A DNA stretch of 64,000 bases, taken from the NCBI GenBank assembly GCA_965649765.1, contig OZ287750.1, positions 62,496,001 through 62,560,000 on the forward strand, given 5' to 3'. Shown piece after piece: positions 13,600-27,704 of this stretch (positions are counted from its first letter, which is position 1; each line of letters begins with the position of its first letter). Both the position numbers and the translations under genes were made by a program. The notes beneath the pieces were generated by a model that saw nothing but the letters and a program-made list of their open reading frames with translations, did no database searches and had not been told where the DNA came from. The DNA comes from Bispira polyomma. Its lineage: Eukaryota.

Positions 13600-14760
13600 C
13601 TTGTCATCATCTTCCGAGACCTCGCCACACCCACCCGCTGTAAGCAATACTTTTTTCTCCTTCCGGATGGTGTCCGAGGAAGAAGTCCTCAAAATGATTC
13701 AATCCTCCCCAAATAAATACTGTGATCGGGATCCAATTTCAACATCTTTGGGAATGTATTGATATCCTTATTACACCCATTACCAGTATTGTCCATTTCT
13801 CTCTCCAGGGTGGCATTTTTTTATTGTTTTAAAACTGGGTATGTTTCTCCATTTGTAAAAAAACCCAGCCTGGACAGAAATACCGCTCTGTTGAAGATTC
13901 AAAATGATATTTCTGCTTCTGTTGCCAGTAGCAGGCAGTAGCACTCACACTGTTGGACTTGTCTGCTCCCTTTGATACCATCGACCATGCTATCCTCTTT
14001 ATCCGTGGGACTGATTGGTTTTACATTGTTGAAAGCAAAAAATCAAAATCAAACAATTCTCTGTATTAGTAAGGTTGTGTATCAGGCCCTCTCCTCTTCA
14101 CCATGTACACCACTCCACTCAGTAATATAATCTCTCAGTTTAACTTCACTCATCACCTATATGCTGACGACATATAAATATACTTAACACTAGATGCAAC
14201 AAACTTTGACTCAAGCAAAATGACTTAGGGCTGTGCAAAAATGGATGGAAAGTGTCAAGCTTATACTCAACCTAGGCAGAACTGAATTGATTACTATAGG
14301 TGACAATGCCACTCATAAAGTTTGAAACCATTTTTCCCTATCAGTCTCGTTGACAACAACAAGTAAAGAAACTTGGCATTATCTTTGAGCAAGACAACTC
14401 GTACAGTAACATGTAGCCAGTGTCTACCGGGCCTGCTATTACCACCTACGCGATCTGCGCAGAATATGCAGGTATCTCAGAATGCAAATGTCATGGTGAA
14501 TAGTCAGCTAGACTATTCCAATTCCTTGCTGTAGGGTATTAGCAAGATGAATATAACGATGCTCCAAAGAGTCCAAAACGCTCTGCCGTATTGTATACAA
14601 GCTTGACAAATTCAGCGATGTCTTACCATACCTTTACATGCTGCTTTGCTGTTGTGGCTCCTGTTAAATGGAACAAGGTCCCACGGACAGTCAGATCACA
14701 AGATAAAATCACTGGTTTCAGACAAAGATGTTTAAAATATCCCCACATGTCAAAGATTAT
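13600..14760 (+). mobile_element. Decayed L2/CR1-clade LINE, reverse transcriptase ORF2 remnant
   Basis: Ordered motifs across frameshifts and deletions: VSEEEVLKMIQSSPNKYCDRDPI, VSPFVKKPSLD, TALLKIQNDI, LDLSAPFDTIDH (13953-13988), [18 protein letters not shown] (YADD at 14160-14171), WMESVKLILN, ACYYHLRDLRRI, SQLDYSNSLL, LQRVQNAL. Confidence 0.9.
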
Positions 14761-15115
14761 TAACAAAAACCTCATTTTCATTGTATATTGTGAAAATTGT
14801 TATTTAGGACAATTGTTTTGACAATTTAACCTTTCTTGGTGATGTTAGAGTATCTCTGTTCTGAAATGCATCCACCTCCGATTATGTTCACCCTTGGCAA
14901 AAAAAGCATAGCCCGGGTCATTTAGTTGGGTAAATATGGTATATTATTTTTTGAAGTTTCTTTACTGAGAAGTACAATGTCAACTTGTCAGAAATATATT
15001 TATGGGATACATTTTATGAAAAGCTTGACATGATAATTCCATGTCAAGCTGCCATGGTGTGTAGTGTTGAACCATATTAGCCAACTTTTTACTCTTTTTT
15101 TTTTGTCAGTAGTTT

Positions 15116-16187
15116 ATTATGTCCACCCCAGTGGGGGGTGGACATATTATTTTTGCTTTTTCCGGCGTCCGCCGTCCGTCACGTTTGGTTTCCGGTCATT
15201 TCAAGAAAAAGTATTTATCCTATGTCTATCAAATTTGGTGTGGGTGTTTATTGGGTTAATAGCTTGCATGGGATTGCTCCATAGCTAACTGAGTAATAGC
15301 TACTTATTTACTTTTATGTACTTCTTTTGTTTTCGGGCATTTTAAGGAAAAATATTTGACATATCTTTACCAAATTTAGCATGACCAATAGTTAGGTCAA
15401 TAGCTTGCGTGGGATTGCTTTTAATGATAATAGCTATATAACTGACTCAGCAATAGCTACTTAGCTACTTTTAGTAGTAATAGCTACATAGCAAAAAACA
15501 TAAATATGTCTATCTCCTAAACCATGCGAGATAGAGCGATTTCGTCGAAATTTTCGACCCTCAGGGTATCTGAGCAATGTAATCTTGGCAATTTTGAAAA
15601 AAAATTTACTCTCCCCAATAATGGCGGCCATTTTGAATTTTCGAATTTTTCCCAAAACTGGAAAAACACAAATTTGCTTATATCTCCTTAACCGTGCGAA
15701 ATAGAGCAATTTTGTTTAAATTTTCAACCCACAGGGTATCTAATCAATGTACTCTTGGCAATTTTGAAAAAAATTTCCTCTCCCCAAAAATGGCGGCCAT
15801 TTTAAATTTTCGCATTTCTGCCAAAAATGGAAAAACACCAATTTGAGTCTATCTCCTTAACCGTGCGAGATAGAGCGGTTTCGGCAAAATTTTTGACCCA
15901 CAGGGTATCTAAATAATGTAGTTTTGGCAATTTGCAAAAAATTTCCCTCCTTTCAAAAGTGGCGGCCATTTTGAATTTTCGAATTTTTGCCAAAAATGGA
16001 AAAACACAAATTTGCTTCTATCTCCTTAACCGTGCAAGATAGAGCGATTTCGTCGAAATTTTCGACCCACAGAGTATATAAAAAATGTACTTTTGGCAAT
16101 TTTTAAAAAAATTTCCTCTTCCCAAAAATGGCGGCCATTTCGAATTTTCAAATTTCTGCCAAAAATGGAAAAACACAAATTTGCCCT
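15116..16187 (+). mobile_element. Helentron-associated non-autonomous element (HINE-like), copy 1, ~4 units of the ~169-bp internal satellite; 3' end not found
   Basis: 5' palindrome tatgtccacccc-agtgg-ggggtggacata, then cgtccgccgtccgtc microsatellite. The ~390-bp head is nearly identical to the copy at 32688. Tandem units start at 15509. Confidence 0.85.
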
Positions 16188-17992
16188 GTAGGAATTTTAG
16201 AATCTTTCGTAAAAAAAACTATTAATAGCTAGCACCTATTATACATTATTATACACCTATTGTACAGTCAGCATATAATCAACAAATATTGTTACCATAG
16301 TAATTGATCAGAACTATAAATATTAATAAAAATAATTACCTAACCTAATTATGGAACAACTATGGAACACGTATTCTAGTCAAATAATTTAGCAAATTTT
16401 GTCAAAGTATTTTTAAAAGTTTTTTTTTGTTATTTCCTTTTGTAAATAAAATCTTCATACTCGTACACCGATTTAAGCTTTATCTTTAGGTGTACAAAGT
16501 TTACTTTTTCAGGGTCACACAAGAAAATATATATGATTTTGTAATCAGCATAATAACATTGTTTGGAAGGGATAAATCTGTTTTCCATAAATATCAAAGA
16601 ATTTTATCCCTTTCTGTGAAGTAAAAGTTAATACTGCAGTAACATCTTTTAACCATTGTTTTAAATTATTCCATAATTATTGGTCAATTTGGGATGTTGT
16701 CAGAATACACAAAAGTACACCAGGCGTTTTAGTGCCAACAGGCAATATCTCAGCCAAACAGTATAAAGCTACCATAGGACACACCCACAGCCAAACTGGG
16801 CTACACAAGCATGGCTTTTCTTAGAAGAGATTTCCAAAAGCAATCTTGGAATGGTGTTTGTTCAACATTGGTTGAATGAAGTACGTTTAGTGGATTTTTT
16901 TTTCAGTAAGGCTCAATGATCAAAGTTTCTAAAAAAAATATACAAATCTAGATAAAAAAATCTTAACGCTTTTAATTCCATGAAATGAAACAGGACATGT
17001 AATGCAAAGAAAAAATATGCTTCATAAATTGGCAGTGTTATTTACTTGTTAGGTCATTCTATTTTGTTTGGTGACAAATTATTATCTGTTCTAGTAGGCA
17101 TTATAGACTCATTTTTTTTATTGTTTTTAATAATGGGAATACTATATATGGTAGTGGTACTAGCAGACGAGTAAATGCCGGTGTACCAATCGACACCTGT
17201 CTTGTAAATTTTTGCAAATATTGTTTTAACAATGAAGAAAAACACAAGCAGTTATCATTTTAAATCTATTATTAAATCAGTAAAAGTTTGTATAACCCAA
17301 AAGCCTGTTTAAAATGTATGTACCTCCAAAGGGATATGCATCGTATCAATCTGGGTGGCGTCGATCGGTACAAGGGCATGCATTCACTGGTCTGCCCCAT
17401 AATGAGCCGGTAGACTGTATTCAGTGTGTAGTATTATTTTACTGTATGGTAAAGCCCATTACTACCAACACACAGGTAAAAATACAACAGTACAAAAGCT
17501 TAGTAGTCCAATAACTACAAGTGCCTCAATCCCCTGGGTCATGCTAACCTTGTTTTGAATCTGTTCAAGCGTGAGTACTGGGTACAGCTTATTGCTTTCT
17601 CTAAATACTGGAAGAAGGCTTTTTTTACAGTTCACAGAACATCTGTTTGCAAGCAATAAAAAAATGTTCCCCATATGTGGGATTATTTTTTTAATAGTTT
17701 TTTTATTTATTTCCACTGTTTGGTTCTCTTTGATAACATTAAAGAGTTGTGTATTTGTGTTAGATATATATGTTGATCAGTTACTATAGTTTCTGTGAGC
17801 AACACATTGTTTATAACTTAATTCTAAAAGGTTATGTCAGGATGAAGCTCCCTGATAATAGGTGTGTTAGCCTTTCCTGGGCGCCCCTTTAAACTGGAGT
17901 ACAGTCTCAGACAATGTACAGACTACGACCTGGTGTGAATACTACCCTTGTCCTCAGCAGCTGTGAGAGTTTTCAGGAGCGATGAAAATTTT

Positions 17993-18176
17993 AGGCTGTA
18001 TTCACAAAAATGTCTTAAGTCTCAGACAAAAAAAAATAGGCTGAAGGTTGTGACTTGTCTCACCTGAGCCGTATTGTCAATAAATTTTTAAATTGAGACA
18101 ATTTTTGTCTGAGACATGAGACAAAAGTCACAGATTCGAGACAAGATTAGGACAGAAGACCTTTTGTGAATAAACG
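17993..18176. mobile_element. Short degenerate MITE
   Basis: Inverted ends tattcacaaaa / ttttgtgaata and internal gtctca/tgagac subrepeats. Confidence 0.45.
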
Positions 18177-18452
18177 AAAGTTTTACATATTTTAAATTGG
18201 TTTCAGCATAGAAAGAGACTTGTTTACAACTTTGGGCCTTGAAGCGAGGTTGGATACTAAGCTCTAGGTACAAGTGTCAATGTTAACTGGTTGACCTTTC
18301 ATAAGCCAAGTGTCACTCTGACCCCCTTTACAGGTATAATAGATTGTGGGCAGAAAGAGATTATATAAGTGCTGATCTGCACTAAATGCAAAGTCTAACT
18401 CTGATAATTGGTTAGTATATTAACCTTGTTGTATTTTTTATAAAAACAATAT

Positions 18453-18632
18453 ACATTTGAACCCCTTTAAGTCGAACCTAAAGGGACCAGTAATAATACC
18501 CTTTACTTAAGCAGGATTTCAACTTACCAGGGTAGATTTGAAATAAAAAGGCTTTCATATGGCTAAATATTTGTCTCTCCACATAACAGGGAAAATGACT
18601 TAACAGAGTTCTACTAATAGAGGTTTCACTGT
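18453..18632. mobile_element. Second Tigger-like MITE family (inverted partial copy at ~47885-47977)
   Basis: tacatttgaacc...taccctttacttaagcaggatttca is matched in reverse by tgaaatcctgcttaagtaaaggta...ggttcaaatgta. Right end gaggtttcactgta. Confidence 0.6.
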
Positions 18633-21600
18633 ACATTTATAGTGACTTTGCAAACTGTAAAAAGACCCTGTTAAATATATTTTAGTGCAGTGATATCGTC
18701 ATAACAAGTCAGAAAACTGTTTTAAGAATGGGTATTATCCGGCACAAACCAAACAGTGTAGTACACACATATATGAGGCAAATCGTAGGCTGATGAACCG
18801 CCCTGTATATCAGGTTCTTTTTTGTGTCACCTTTGATATCTCTTTAATTTCTGCATCTCTTTCATGCCCTGTGGTAAACAATATAGCCTTGGTTCTGAGT
18901 TTTTTTGTGCAACTTGGTTTGACTAATTATTTTAATGGGCTGTTTCAATTTACACAGCATACCCTAAATAGCTACATATATATCTTTACTAGAAATATAT
19001 AAGAATGGTTTTGTTTTGTATGCATGGTAAATATTTACTTTTCCTCAACTCTGATGACTTTGTGCAACTGAATACTGCATACATCTGCCACTGTGTCCTT
19101 GTACATAGAGGACCTAGGTTTGATCCCGGCTTAGGGTGACCAGGTACAGGCAGATACATGATGGCTCGGATGAGCATTTAAAATGGTGACACTCTATCTT
19201 TAGGTTCTATCACCAGTGGAAGGCTAAAGATATCCTTGTAGAAGTTGCTAAATTGTCATCTCCTCAAGCCTCTCTCTTCACTCAGGCTAATGACCATTAC
19301 CATGGTCCTGATTAGCTGTACTCATTACGTGAAGTAAAGGTTTAATAAAGTTTTTAAGTACCAGTTACAGGTAGGTAAATGTGCCGAGTATACATTTGAA
19401 ATATAATACAATACATCTGAATGCTGCATACGAAACTACCCGTTACATACAAATACACAAATAATGTATAGTAAGTATTAGAATGGAAAGACAGGCATGA
19501 GAGAGTAAAGGAATGAAACCCTTCAGTAACTATTGGAATTGGCTCTTATCAACGGACTCTGTATAGTTATTTTTTAAATATTTTACTTCATTGCATTGTG
19601 TACATAACCTAACCATGTTTTTTACTAAACATTAACAAATGATGGTTCAACCAGACATGGGTTAAAAATGCAAATTGAAAGTAAATCAGCCACAAATGAA
19701 ATGTCTTTCCCGTGATACGCGGGTTAACGGAATGAAAATCTTTAGTCATGTACTATCATGTCTTGAAAGTTCTGCTTGTCATTTTCTCGTACGGAGACGT
19801 TCTGTCTTTTACCCTCCCAAGGGGGGAGTCTGTAAGAATTCTGATTAAGGTTGCATCACCCATTTTCAAGGGCTTTAACTGAAACACCTCTTCAGCTTTT
19901 CAACTAAAGTGTATTAGGCTTATGTTTGCCCCCCCCCCCCCCCGCCCCATCCCCCTACCAATAAAATGTTGTAATTTAAGTTTATTACAACAGATTTCCC
20001 ATGGGGGTATGTGTTTGCAGCATGCTTTTAGCAGATTCATCATAAGTGACTTTGAGCTCCTCTTGTTAAACTAACTAAAAGCCATTTGCTTGTGTCCCAT
20101 GCTAACTCCCTGTGTCGTAAGCGTGCATTTTTTCCACCCCATAAGAACTTTCGGTCTACCCACAACCACATTTGTAGTAATGAAGCCTGGCACATTTTTT
20201 TGTTTAGGGGAGAGGGGAAGAGCATATGGGGGGGGGGGGGGGCGGGCTGAAGTATGCATTATGTAAATCTGGAATCCTCTAGAGGAGGGTTTGTGGGTTT
20301 AGGAAGACGGTTGGCACATAAGTTACAAGTTAAATTTTAATGTTCGAAAACCTTTTGTTCTTTTGTTATGAGATAGATTTCAGGGAAAATAGCATACCTT
20401 AAATAATTAGACTGTCAAATGTAAACTTTAGGGCCAACACAAATTATACAGGTGAATTCTCCATGATGTTATTTTGTGATAATCATACCGTGTAAGTTTA
20501 ATGTAATGTTTTTGCTTCTGTTGTTTGGTTGGTTTGTTCTCATCAAGGTTACGTACTAAATTAATTTACATCAAACTTGGTGGCGGAATTCGGGATAAGG
20601 TGGCATAACATATTGAGAAAGCGAAATTCTGTTGGGATAATGGAAGGTTAATTAATAGAACCGGTATGCTGTTTGAAATAACAACAGAAAAACTTAAATT
20701 TGATGGGGTGGAAATGTGCTCATAAAATTGAATATTCAGATGATAGAAGTTTGGATAATCAAGGTTCTACTTAATAATAAAATACTATCAAAAACTATGA
20801 CACTGTGTGTTCTAAGACGGAGAAGTACATAAACTTCAGTTATACCCCAAATAAAAGTCTTTAAACTTTTACGAACTGGATTATATAAATATAAAAGTAC
20901 ATCACCTTTAAAACATTAGATCTCTAGAGAGCATGGATTCCTTTTGAAGTTTATGTCTTTTTAAAATTTTGGAGTTATTATTTTTTGGCGTTTAAAAGAA
21001 ATGGTTTGTTATAAAACACCTTGTGCAAATAATTATTAGCCACAAAAAAGAATGAGCAAGTGTGCCTCTCTATGTGTGTCTGTGCATGTGGTTTGTCAAT
21101 GCTCCGTGATATTTGATGCTCGGGACTACTTTTTTCTTGTTGCCCTGGGAGAGAGGATGCTGTTTTCCGCTGATTGCTACTGTGTGGAGTGTTGGTAGCG
21201 AGTGGGAGTAGTTTCTAGGAGGTTGTGTGTGTGGGTGACAGACTATTATTCCCATGATGACGCTAATGCATACTCAAAATACACACTCTCCATTATAAGG
21301 CAGCACGCTGTTTTAGCTCATTTCAAGTGGGCTTTTTATGAAAGCAACTTTGAGCCAGATGCCCATATTGGCTTTAAATGAGACATGACAGAACTCATTG
21401 ACTGTGAGTGGCTCATTACTTGCTTTTGCTTCCCCCTCTTTTTTTTGTAGTATCAGATCTACCTCTTAAGGTTGTTTCAAACATAAAGCTGTTACGCCAA
21501 GTAGGCCCAAGTTCTAACTCCTTGTGAACACTATTTTTACTGAACGAGTCATGCATGAGCCAACCAAGGCACCTTACTCTGAACAGCTCTTGATAAACTC

Positions 21601-24499
21601 TGCGTAGGTTGTGCTTTTAGCTCAGACAAACAGCAGGCAGCCCGGCAGAACTCCTGTCAAACTCTTATCATCTCTGCATAGCTCTCTGGTTTGACTCTGT
21701 GTAACACCTAAATTAAATGTGCTCCTGTTAAACTCTGCTGGGCTCGACTCAACTCTTGGCCTAAAATATGTGCAAGTTCCCCCAAATTAATTTTTTTTAA
21801 ATTTTTACCCTTTTATAAGCCAAAACAATTTAAGCCGAGTTATCTCGAGTTAGCTAAAATTCAACAAAAGATATATCATGAGCTTTGCCAAATTAACTTA
21901 AATTTGGCTTCTAACTTTGGAAGGCGCGAGTCTTATTTTATTACATAAAGGGAGTTTTGACATATTCTTGTATGCCGATGATCATACATTTTTCTACTAG
22001 CAAAAACAGGAGAGAGATTATGTATAAAAACAATAGACACAAAACTTTTATGTTAATCATCCTTGCGTAAACAACAAAGTTTTGTACTGAAAATATGAAC
22101 AGTGACAAATCTGATGGATCCAGGGAGCCATAGATCTCTCTGATTTTGGAAGGCAACCCTCTGTCAGTTTAAGCCTAATAATTTTAGAAGTTGACAAAGT
22201 GTCCGGGCAGGACTTTGCATTGGTATGAGGGGACCCACTATCTCCCACATAAATTACCCATTTTCTTCATGTCAGGGTTTATCATGTCCCTTGTTTTTAT
22301 CTAACGGCTGCTCAGTGAACCTTTTTTTCGGTTTCTTTTTCTTGGACCTGTTTTATGTGGCAGTAATCTGAGATTGATGGGTCCTATTCAAATCAGTGCC
22401 TTGAATCTTCCCCCACAATGAGATTATGTGTGAGTTTGCATTCCCATTGTGGGCTCAGGGATTATTTCACATTTTGCAAGGGCCACACTTAATCCTTGCT
22501 TATGGTAAGGATTCTGGTTCTTTGCATATATGCCAACTAAACTATCTTTAAATGTGGTTGAGGGGAGGGGGTCGATCATGTGTACACTTTTGCTATAGAA
22601 ACATATCCTGTTTCTTAAAGTCTACATTGAAGTATGACTTAGCTGTATTGATAAACATGCTAGGCCAAATTTGATCTAGGTCAAGTCTGCAGGAGAGAAA
22701 GTATAGAAATTGACTCGAATTTCATGCAGTTGCCACTTATAGAAGATAATGTGGGTTTAAGAATTAATTTCGGTTATAAATTCAATTTGCGTTTAAGAAT
22801 TTATTTGGGTTACAAGTTCAATCTGAGGAATTTCAAAATTTAAGCTAGTGTCAAGAATAGGTCTTTCACATATATATAGTGTTCATATAAGTTTATTAGG
22901 AGTTCATATTGAGAATAAGGCTGTTGTAATGTTTTGGTTGTTTTGCTTAGCTTAAGGAAAATCTTCACAAAGAGAGAATTGCACTAAATCATGCTTCAGA
23001 ACGTAAAATACAAGTTTCTGTCTCTTGACTTTGGTCCTGAGTAAGTGGTGTTCTGTCATACCTGTAACCTTTATTTAGAACATCCTGAACGATAGCAGTT
23101 TGGTGGATGAAGGGCCACATAATCTAAGAGAAGTCAATTCTGTTACCAGAGATGATATTGTTTTACAAAGGCTAAAAATGTGTCTCTTTGGAGCATCTAA
23201 GCCTGCCTCGTTCAAATTGTTGAAGTCAGTTTCAATGAATTGGAAGGAGCTTGAAAGTTCTTTGTCCAAATACTCCTTGCTTAAGAAACCGGGCAAAATG
23301 TTAGAAATTTAAAATTAAAGATTTCTTAGTTAAGGATTTTGAGAATTGAGATTTTATTAGCTCTAAATATCGCTGTCTCTGCATGGTATGAAGCCATTAG
23401 GAGGTGGCACTTTAAGGGACATTATGGTAACTGTGTGTTCAGTAAGCTCCTGCCTTATTGCCGTGATGGATGTTGTAGGGAGCAACACAAAGATACATCA
23501 CATCCCTCAGAACCGTAGTCTTAAACTGTAAATGCAAGCCCCCCAAACTGCAAGCAAAACTTTGGTCTCCATTTGTCATTGTAGATAAAAGATATATAAT
23601 GTCTTAAAGTTATGACTCCATACTAAAACTCAGATATGGAAGGCTCATCGAAATGCAATTAGTGATATAAAATTTTTTTTTTGACATACGTTGGTACTTA
23701 AGCATGACTTAAAGCTTGAGTTTATTTCCATAATACGAGACCTTTTGAGGTCTTGTGTGTAAATATTTAATGCTACAAACCATGCCCTGGATGGGTCATG
23801 TGTATATATGTGTAAGTTGTTACCAATCACCAACAGCATCACCATAGCTGACCCCCTGTGGCCAATGTAAGTTTTTTGTTCCACCTACCCAAATTTACCA
23901 GCCAATTCGACAGGTTTTTTTTCTTGTTACACAACAAGGATAGTAACTTCTTTATTACCGCCTGGATTTAAGAAATTGTTTCGTCATTCACTTTTATGTA
24001 ATATTAGAGCTTTGCACAAGTTTGGAAACAGCAGACCGTACATTATGTACACACCATGACCTCTTTTGGCCAGAGTAAATTGGCTTGCATTGACTGACTG
24101 CTGTGGAGAATTGTTTCTTTGAAACACACAAGTACTGGCAACAGCTAGTATTACAATGACATCAGAATTTATGGCAACATTTTAGGGCACCCGTGGATGG
24201 ATAATATATGCACTAAAGCAAAATGCCAATCGGAAGGCATCAGTCATAAACCAGTGCTAGAAAAAGATCAATGTTAGAAAGACAACCAAAGTGAAACATA
24301 AAAACTATAGTGTGAAAGTATCATCAAAAAGTCACATCATAATTGACGCATCATGCAAAACGACAGAAACCTGGTCTATGTCACAGTGAACCTTGCAGCG
24401 ATGCTTTATCTTTTAGTTTTACTAACATGTCTTGGCATAGTTTTTATCTAAGCTAGATTGGCAGATTATTAAATATTTTATACAATTGGTTTGTGTTCT

Positions 24500-24612
24500 T
24501 CCATGGTAAGGGAGTGGGACTGGTGATTAGAAAGTCCTCAGTTCAACCATTATTGCATTACTGGGGATAACATCCTTGGGCATGATGTGAACACGCCATT
24601 GTCTACTGATAA
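24500..24612 (+). mobile_element. tRNA-derived SINE remnant
   Basis: Shares ggggataacatccttgggca.gatg.tgaac with the copies at 27705, 43020 and 44600. Confidence 0.55.
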
Positions 24613-26537
24613 CGAAAAAAGCTCTGTTTTAGGACTACACATAGACTGATCCATAAGTTTGTAAAGAGGGAGTCCATTTCCAGAATATATTGTAAATATA
24701 AATGTTAACATTTTATAGTTAGACCTGTGTTTGTCTCGATCCGCATATGTCTATCCGACTATCTGTTCTTGGAAAACAAGCACCTTAGAAGGTGTATTCA
24801 TCAATTCAGCACTATATAAATGCTTCAAATAATTATATTATTAACTGTACATCTATTTTGTAACTTTACAACTGTGTAATCAATCTTTTTGTCTGTTTTG
24901 GACTATTTTTGGTAAAATATGTGTCGTCACTGAAGGATTATGAAAATCTGGCTGTACCGGTAAATCTTATTGTGTGAAATGTAAGTTTGAGTACTTTAAC
25001 TGTCATTACAATGACCTCACTAGATGAACACCTGAAATAACGCAAAATTAAGGTTCCCAGGTTCTTATATGTTTCTCATTTCTAAGTTAACTGTCTAAAA
25101 ACAACAGGCAGCGTCTGGTTTGAAACCAAAAGAGCACAAAGTATCTATTGATTTTGGTAGTACCTAGCAAGGCACTCAGCCAAGGCACCAGTGCCAAAAA
25201 GTAAAGAAGAAATATGTTTGGTTTGCTCTTCTACTTGTATCTGCTCAAAAATAGTTGTGGATTCTACCACATCCCTGTGTTAAAGTTCATGTAAATCAGT
25301 TGTGTAGTTTTTGTATAAATCTTCACAACAAACAAAAAAAAATACCATCCAGCCAGTGGAAACAGAGGAAATAAACAACGCTTCCTTGGCAGAGGTACTG
25401 AGTATGAAACCCGTTAGATCCCCATGTCAGATCAAGGCATTTGACGAAGGTCATAAATTGAGTCATTGTGTTCATGGATTGGCTCTCTATTTCTAGGTTA
25501 TTTGCAATAAATACCCTCAAAAAAGATGCACAAAATGCAGTGTTTTTTTTCAAATTAAAAGAAGTCATGTTACCAGATCACATGATATTACTACGCACCC
25601 CACTAATAGTTGGAAATCTGACACTAATTTCATTAGTTCCGGGGAGTGCCAATCTCAGATGCAACTTTTAATCATAGGTACATGCAATGATGATGTATGT
25701 AGTTTTTTCCCATAAAATTTTTTATTCTGTGGGCTCCCTTTAGTTTTGGAAAATTATGCAGTATATTCCAAATTTTAGAGGAAGAATTTACTTTGTAGAG
25801 TTTTATACCAAATCATATTTCACATTTATAAGAGTATGAGAGGTATTAAAAATTTAATGAATTCATACTAAACACTGTTTTCTGTGCAAATATCGATATT
25901 CCACAAAAATTGGGAACAGTGTTAAAACCTTGTCAATTTATTTTTTGGGGGGAGTACATTAACTGTGAAACATAACAGAGCAGTTGTAAATGTATTTCTT
26001 CTCTAAATATACTGTCAAGAAATAACAGTTGACAAGCAGTTATTTCTCACTGGGACTCTCTGTTCCCTATAATTGTCAAATATTTCGCCCAGATAGAATA
26101 AAAAACAATGCCTGCTGATTTGAAGACCGTAAAAAGATGAATTTATTAAAAAAATAAAATGCTTTTTAAAATATCAGTAAATCAAATTTTTATGCCAACA
26201 ATTAAAAAAAAAATATCAGAAAAGTTGTAATAATCGTGTTTAGAGATAACCTAACACAAAGTCTTTGATATTTTTTTTTAGATAATAAACAAAATGAAGA
26301 CCTGTTTAATTATTGAAGATTTATGATTTTACCAGTGATGAAATTATAGATATCTGACACGTTTCAGATTCAATAATTTATAGCTTTTTTATTTTATTTT
26401 TAAAGATTGGAATCAGCCTCTTAAAGTGTTTAAGGTCCACCCAAAAAGTTTGGGAAAGTTAAAGTATTTTAATAAAAATAGAATATTTGGATCCATGTGG
26501 ATAATAGAAGTTTGGATAACAGGTTCTGCTGTATTAA

Positions 26538-26933
26538 GTGAGTGTATCCATGCAGGCAACTTTCTTAGGCGATCAGGCGACGGCCAACAGCGATTCTATC
26601 AGTTTCATTGATTTATAACCCAGTGTTTCCATGTGAGCAATGCCGATAGGCAACAGGCAATTTTTTTCAGTACCAGGAGCGAAAAAATCGCCTGGAATTG
26701 CCTGTCGTCTTGTGAACATTGCCGATTTTTAAAAGGTAAAAATTTGGTGAAAATATGATGAGAACACTTATTTCATTAGGTTGATGCTACTTTTTGTTGC
26801 ATCAAAATTGGTTAAGAAATGATTAAAATATTTAAATTTAAATATGTGTATCCAGTTTTCTTAAATATTGCATAAAAACATAAAAAATTGCTGATTGCTG
26901 TTGGCCGTTGCCTGATTGCCTTGAAACATACAC
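26538..26933. mobile_element. Harbinger-like MITE with TAA TSD (inverted relative to the 53206 copy)
   Basis: TAA-gtgagtgtatccatgcaggcaactttct...gaaacatacac-TAA. The body is homologous to the 6086 and 53206 copies. Confidence 0.8.
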
Positions 26934-27704
26934 TAACACAGTCTCTGACTCTAAAGAAGTTGGATTTAACTCCCAAAACATGAAGTCACAATCCTTTGAT
27001 ACATCAATCTGTTACAGTTTGATTCCAAGCAAAACAAAGACTACTATTTTTCCCAGAAGTAATTGTCACTTTCTTTACTGGAAATATCTGTGGCGTAGTT
27101 CTCTGAATGAGTTTCTGGAAAAATACTCTGCAGCAGTGAGGGTTGTTTAATCTTTTTTTTTTGTAGAGGGGATGGGGTGGGGGTTGGGAATGTGCGGTGG
27201 CGAATTTGTGGCAGGAATAGCAAAAAAAAAAAAAAGACAATCATGTCATTCATTCCCTCAGAAAATGACAATAAACAAGCATAGAATGTCTTCTTTCTGT
27301 AAATTCTGCTGGACTAGAAAGTTAACGAGATTGCTTGATCACTAACAGTAACAAATGTTACACGGGCAAGAAACGAAGCAAAAGAAACGGAAGGAGAGGA
27401 GGGAGAGGGGGTCATTGGGGGGGGGAGGGGTGAATCTAAAAAAAGCCTCTCTCTCTCTGTGAAGGCTTGATTTTCTGGGAAATGTTGGCATTCGTCCAAA
27501 GAACAGGCCAATAAATGGAGTAAAAAAGAGAGTTTAGTGTAAAGATGTGATAGAGGGAAAGCTGTAATGGTACTGACAGCAGCCTGGGTAGCTATAATAC
27601 AGGCCACTGTGTGGAGTTAGGATTATATATTTGTAACACACCTGATTGAAAGGGTCAACATTAGATTAGATAAACTATTAGTCATAATACGTAGTCAATT
27701 GGAT

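Noticed and set aside
19928-20245. Poly-C and poly-G tracts ~300 bp apart (others at 473, 8325, 12387 and 39532) as a hairpin or G4 element
   Set aside because: They are simple homopolymers common throughout the window, with no flanking complementarity.
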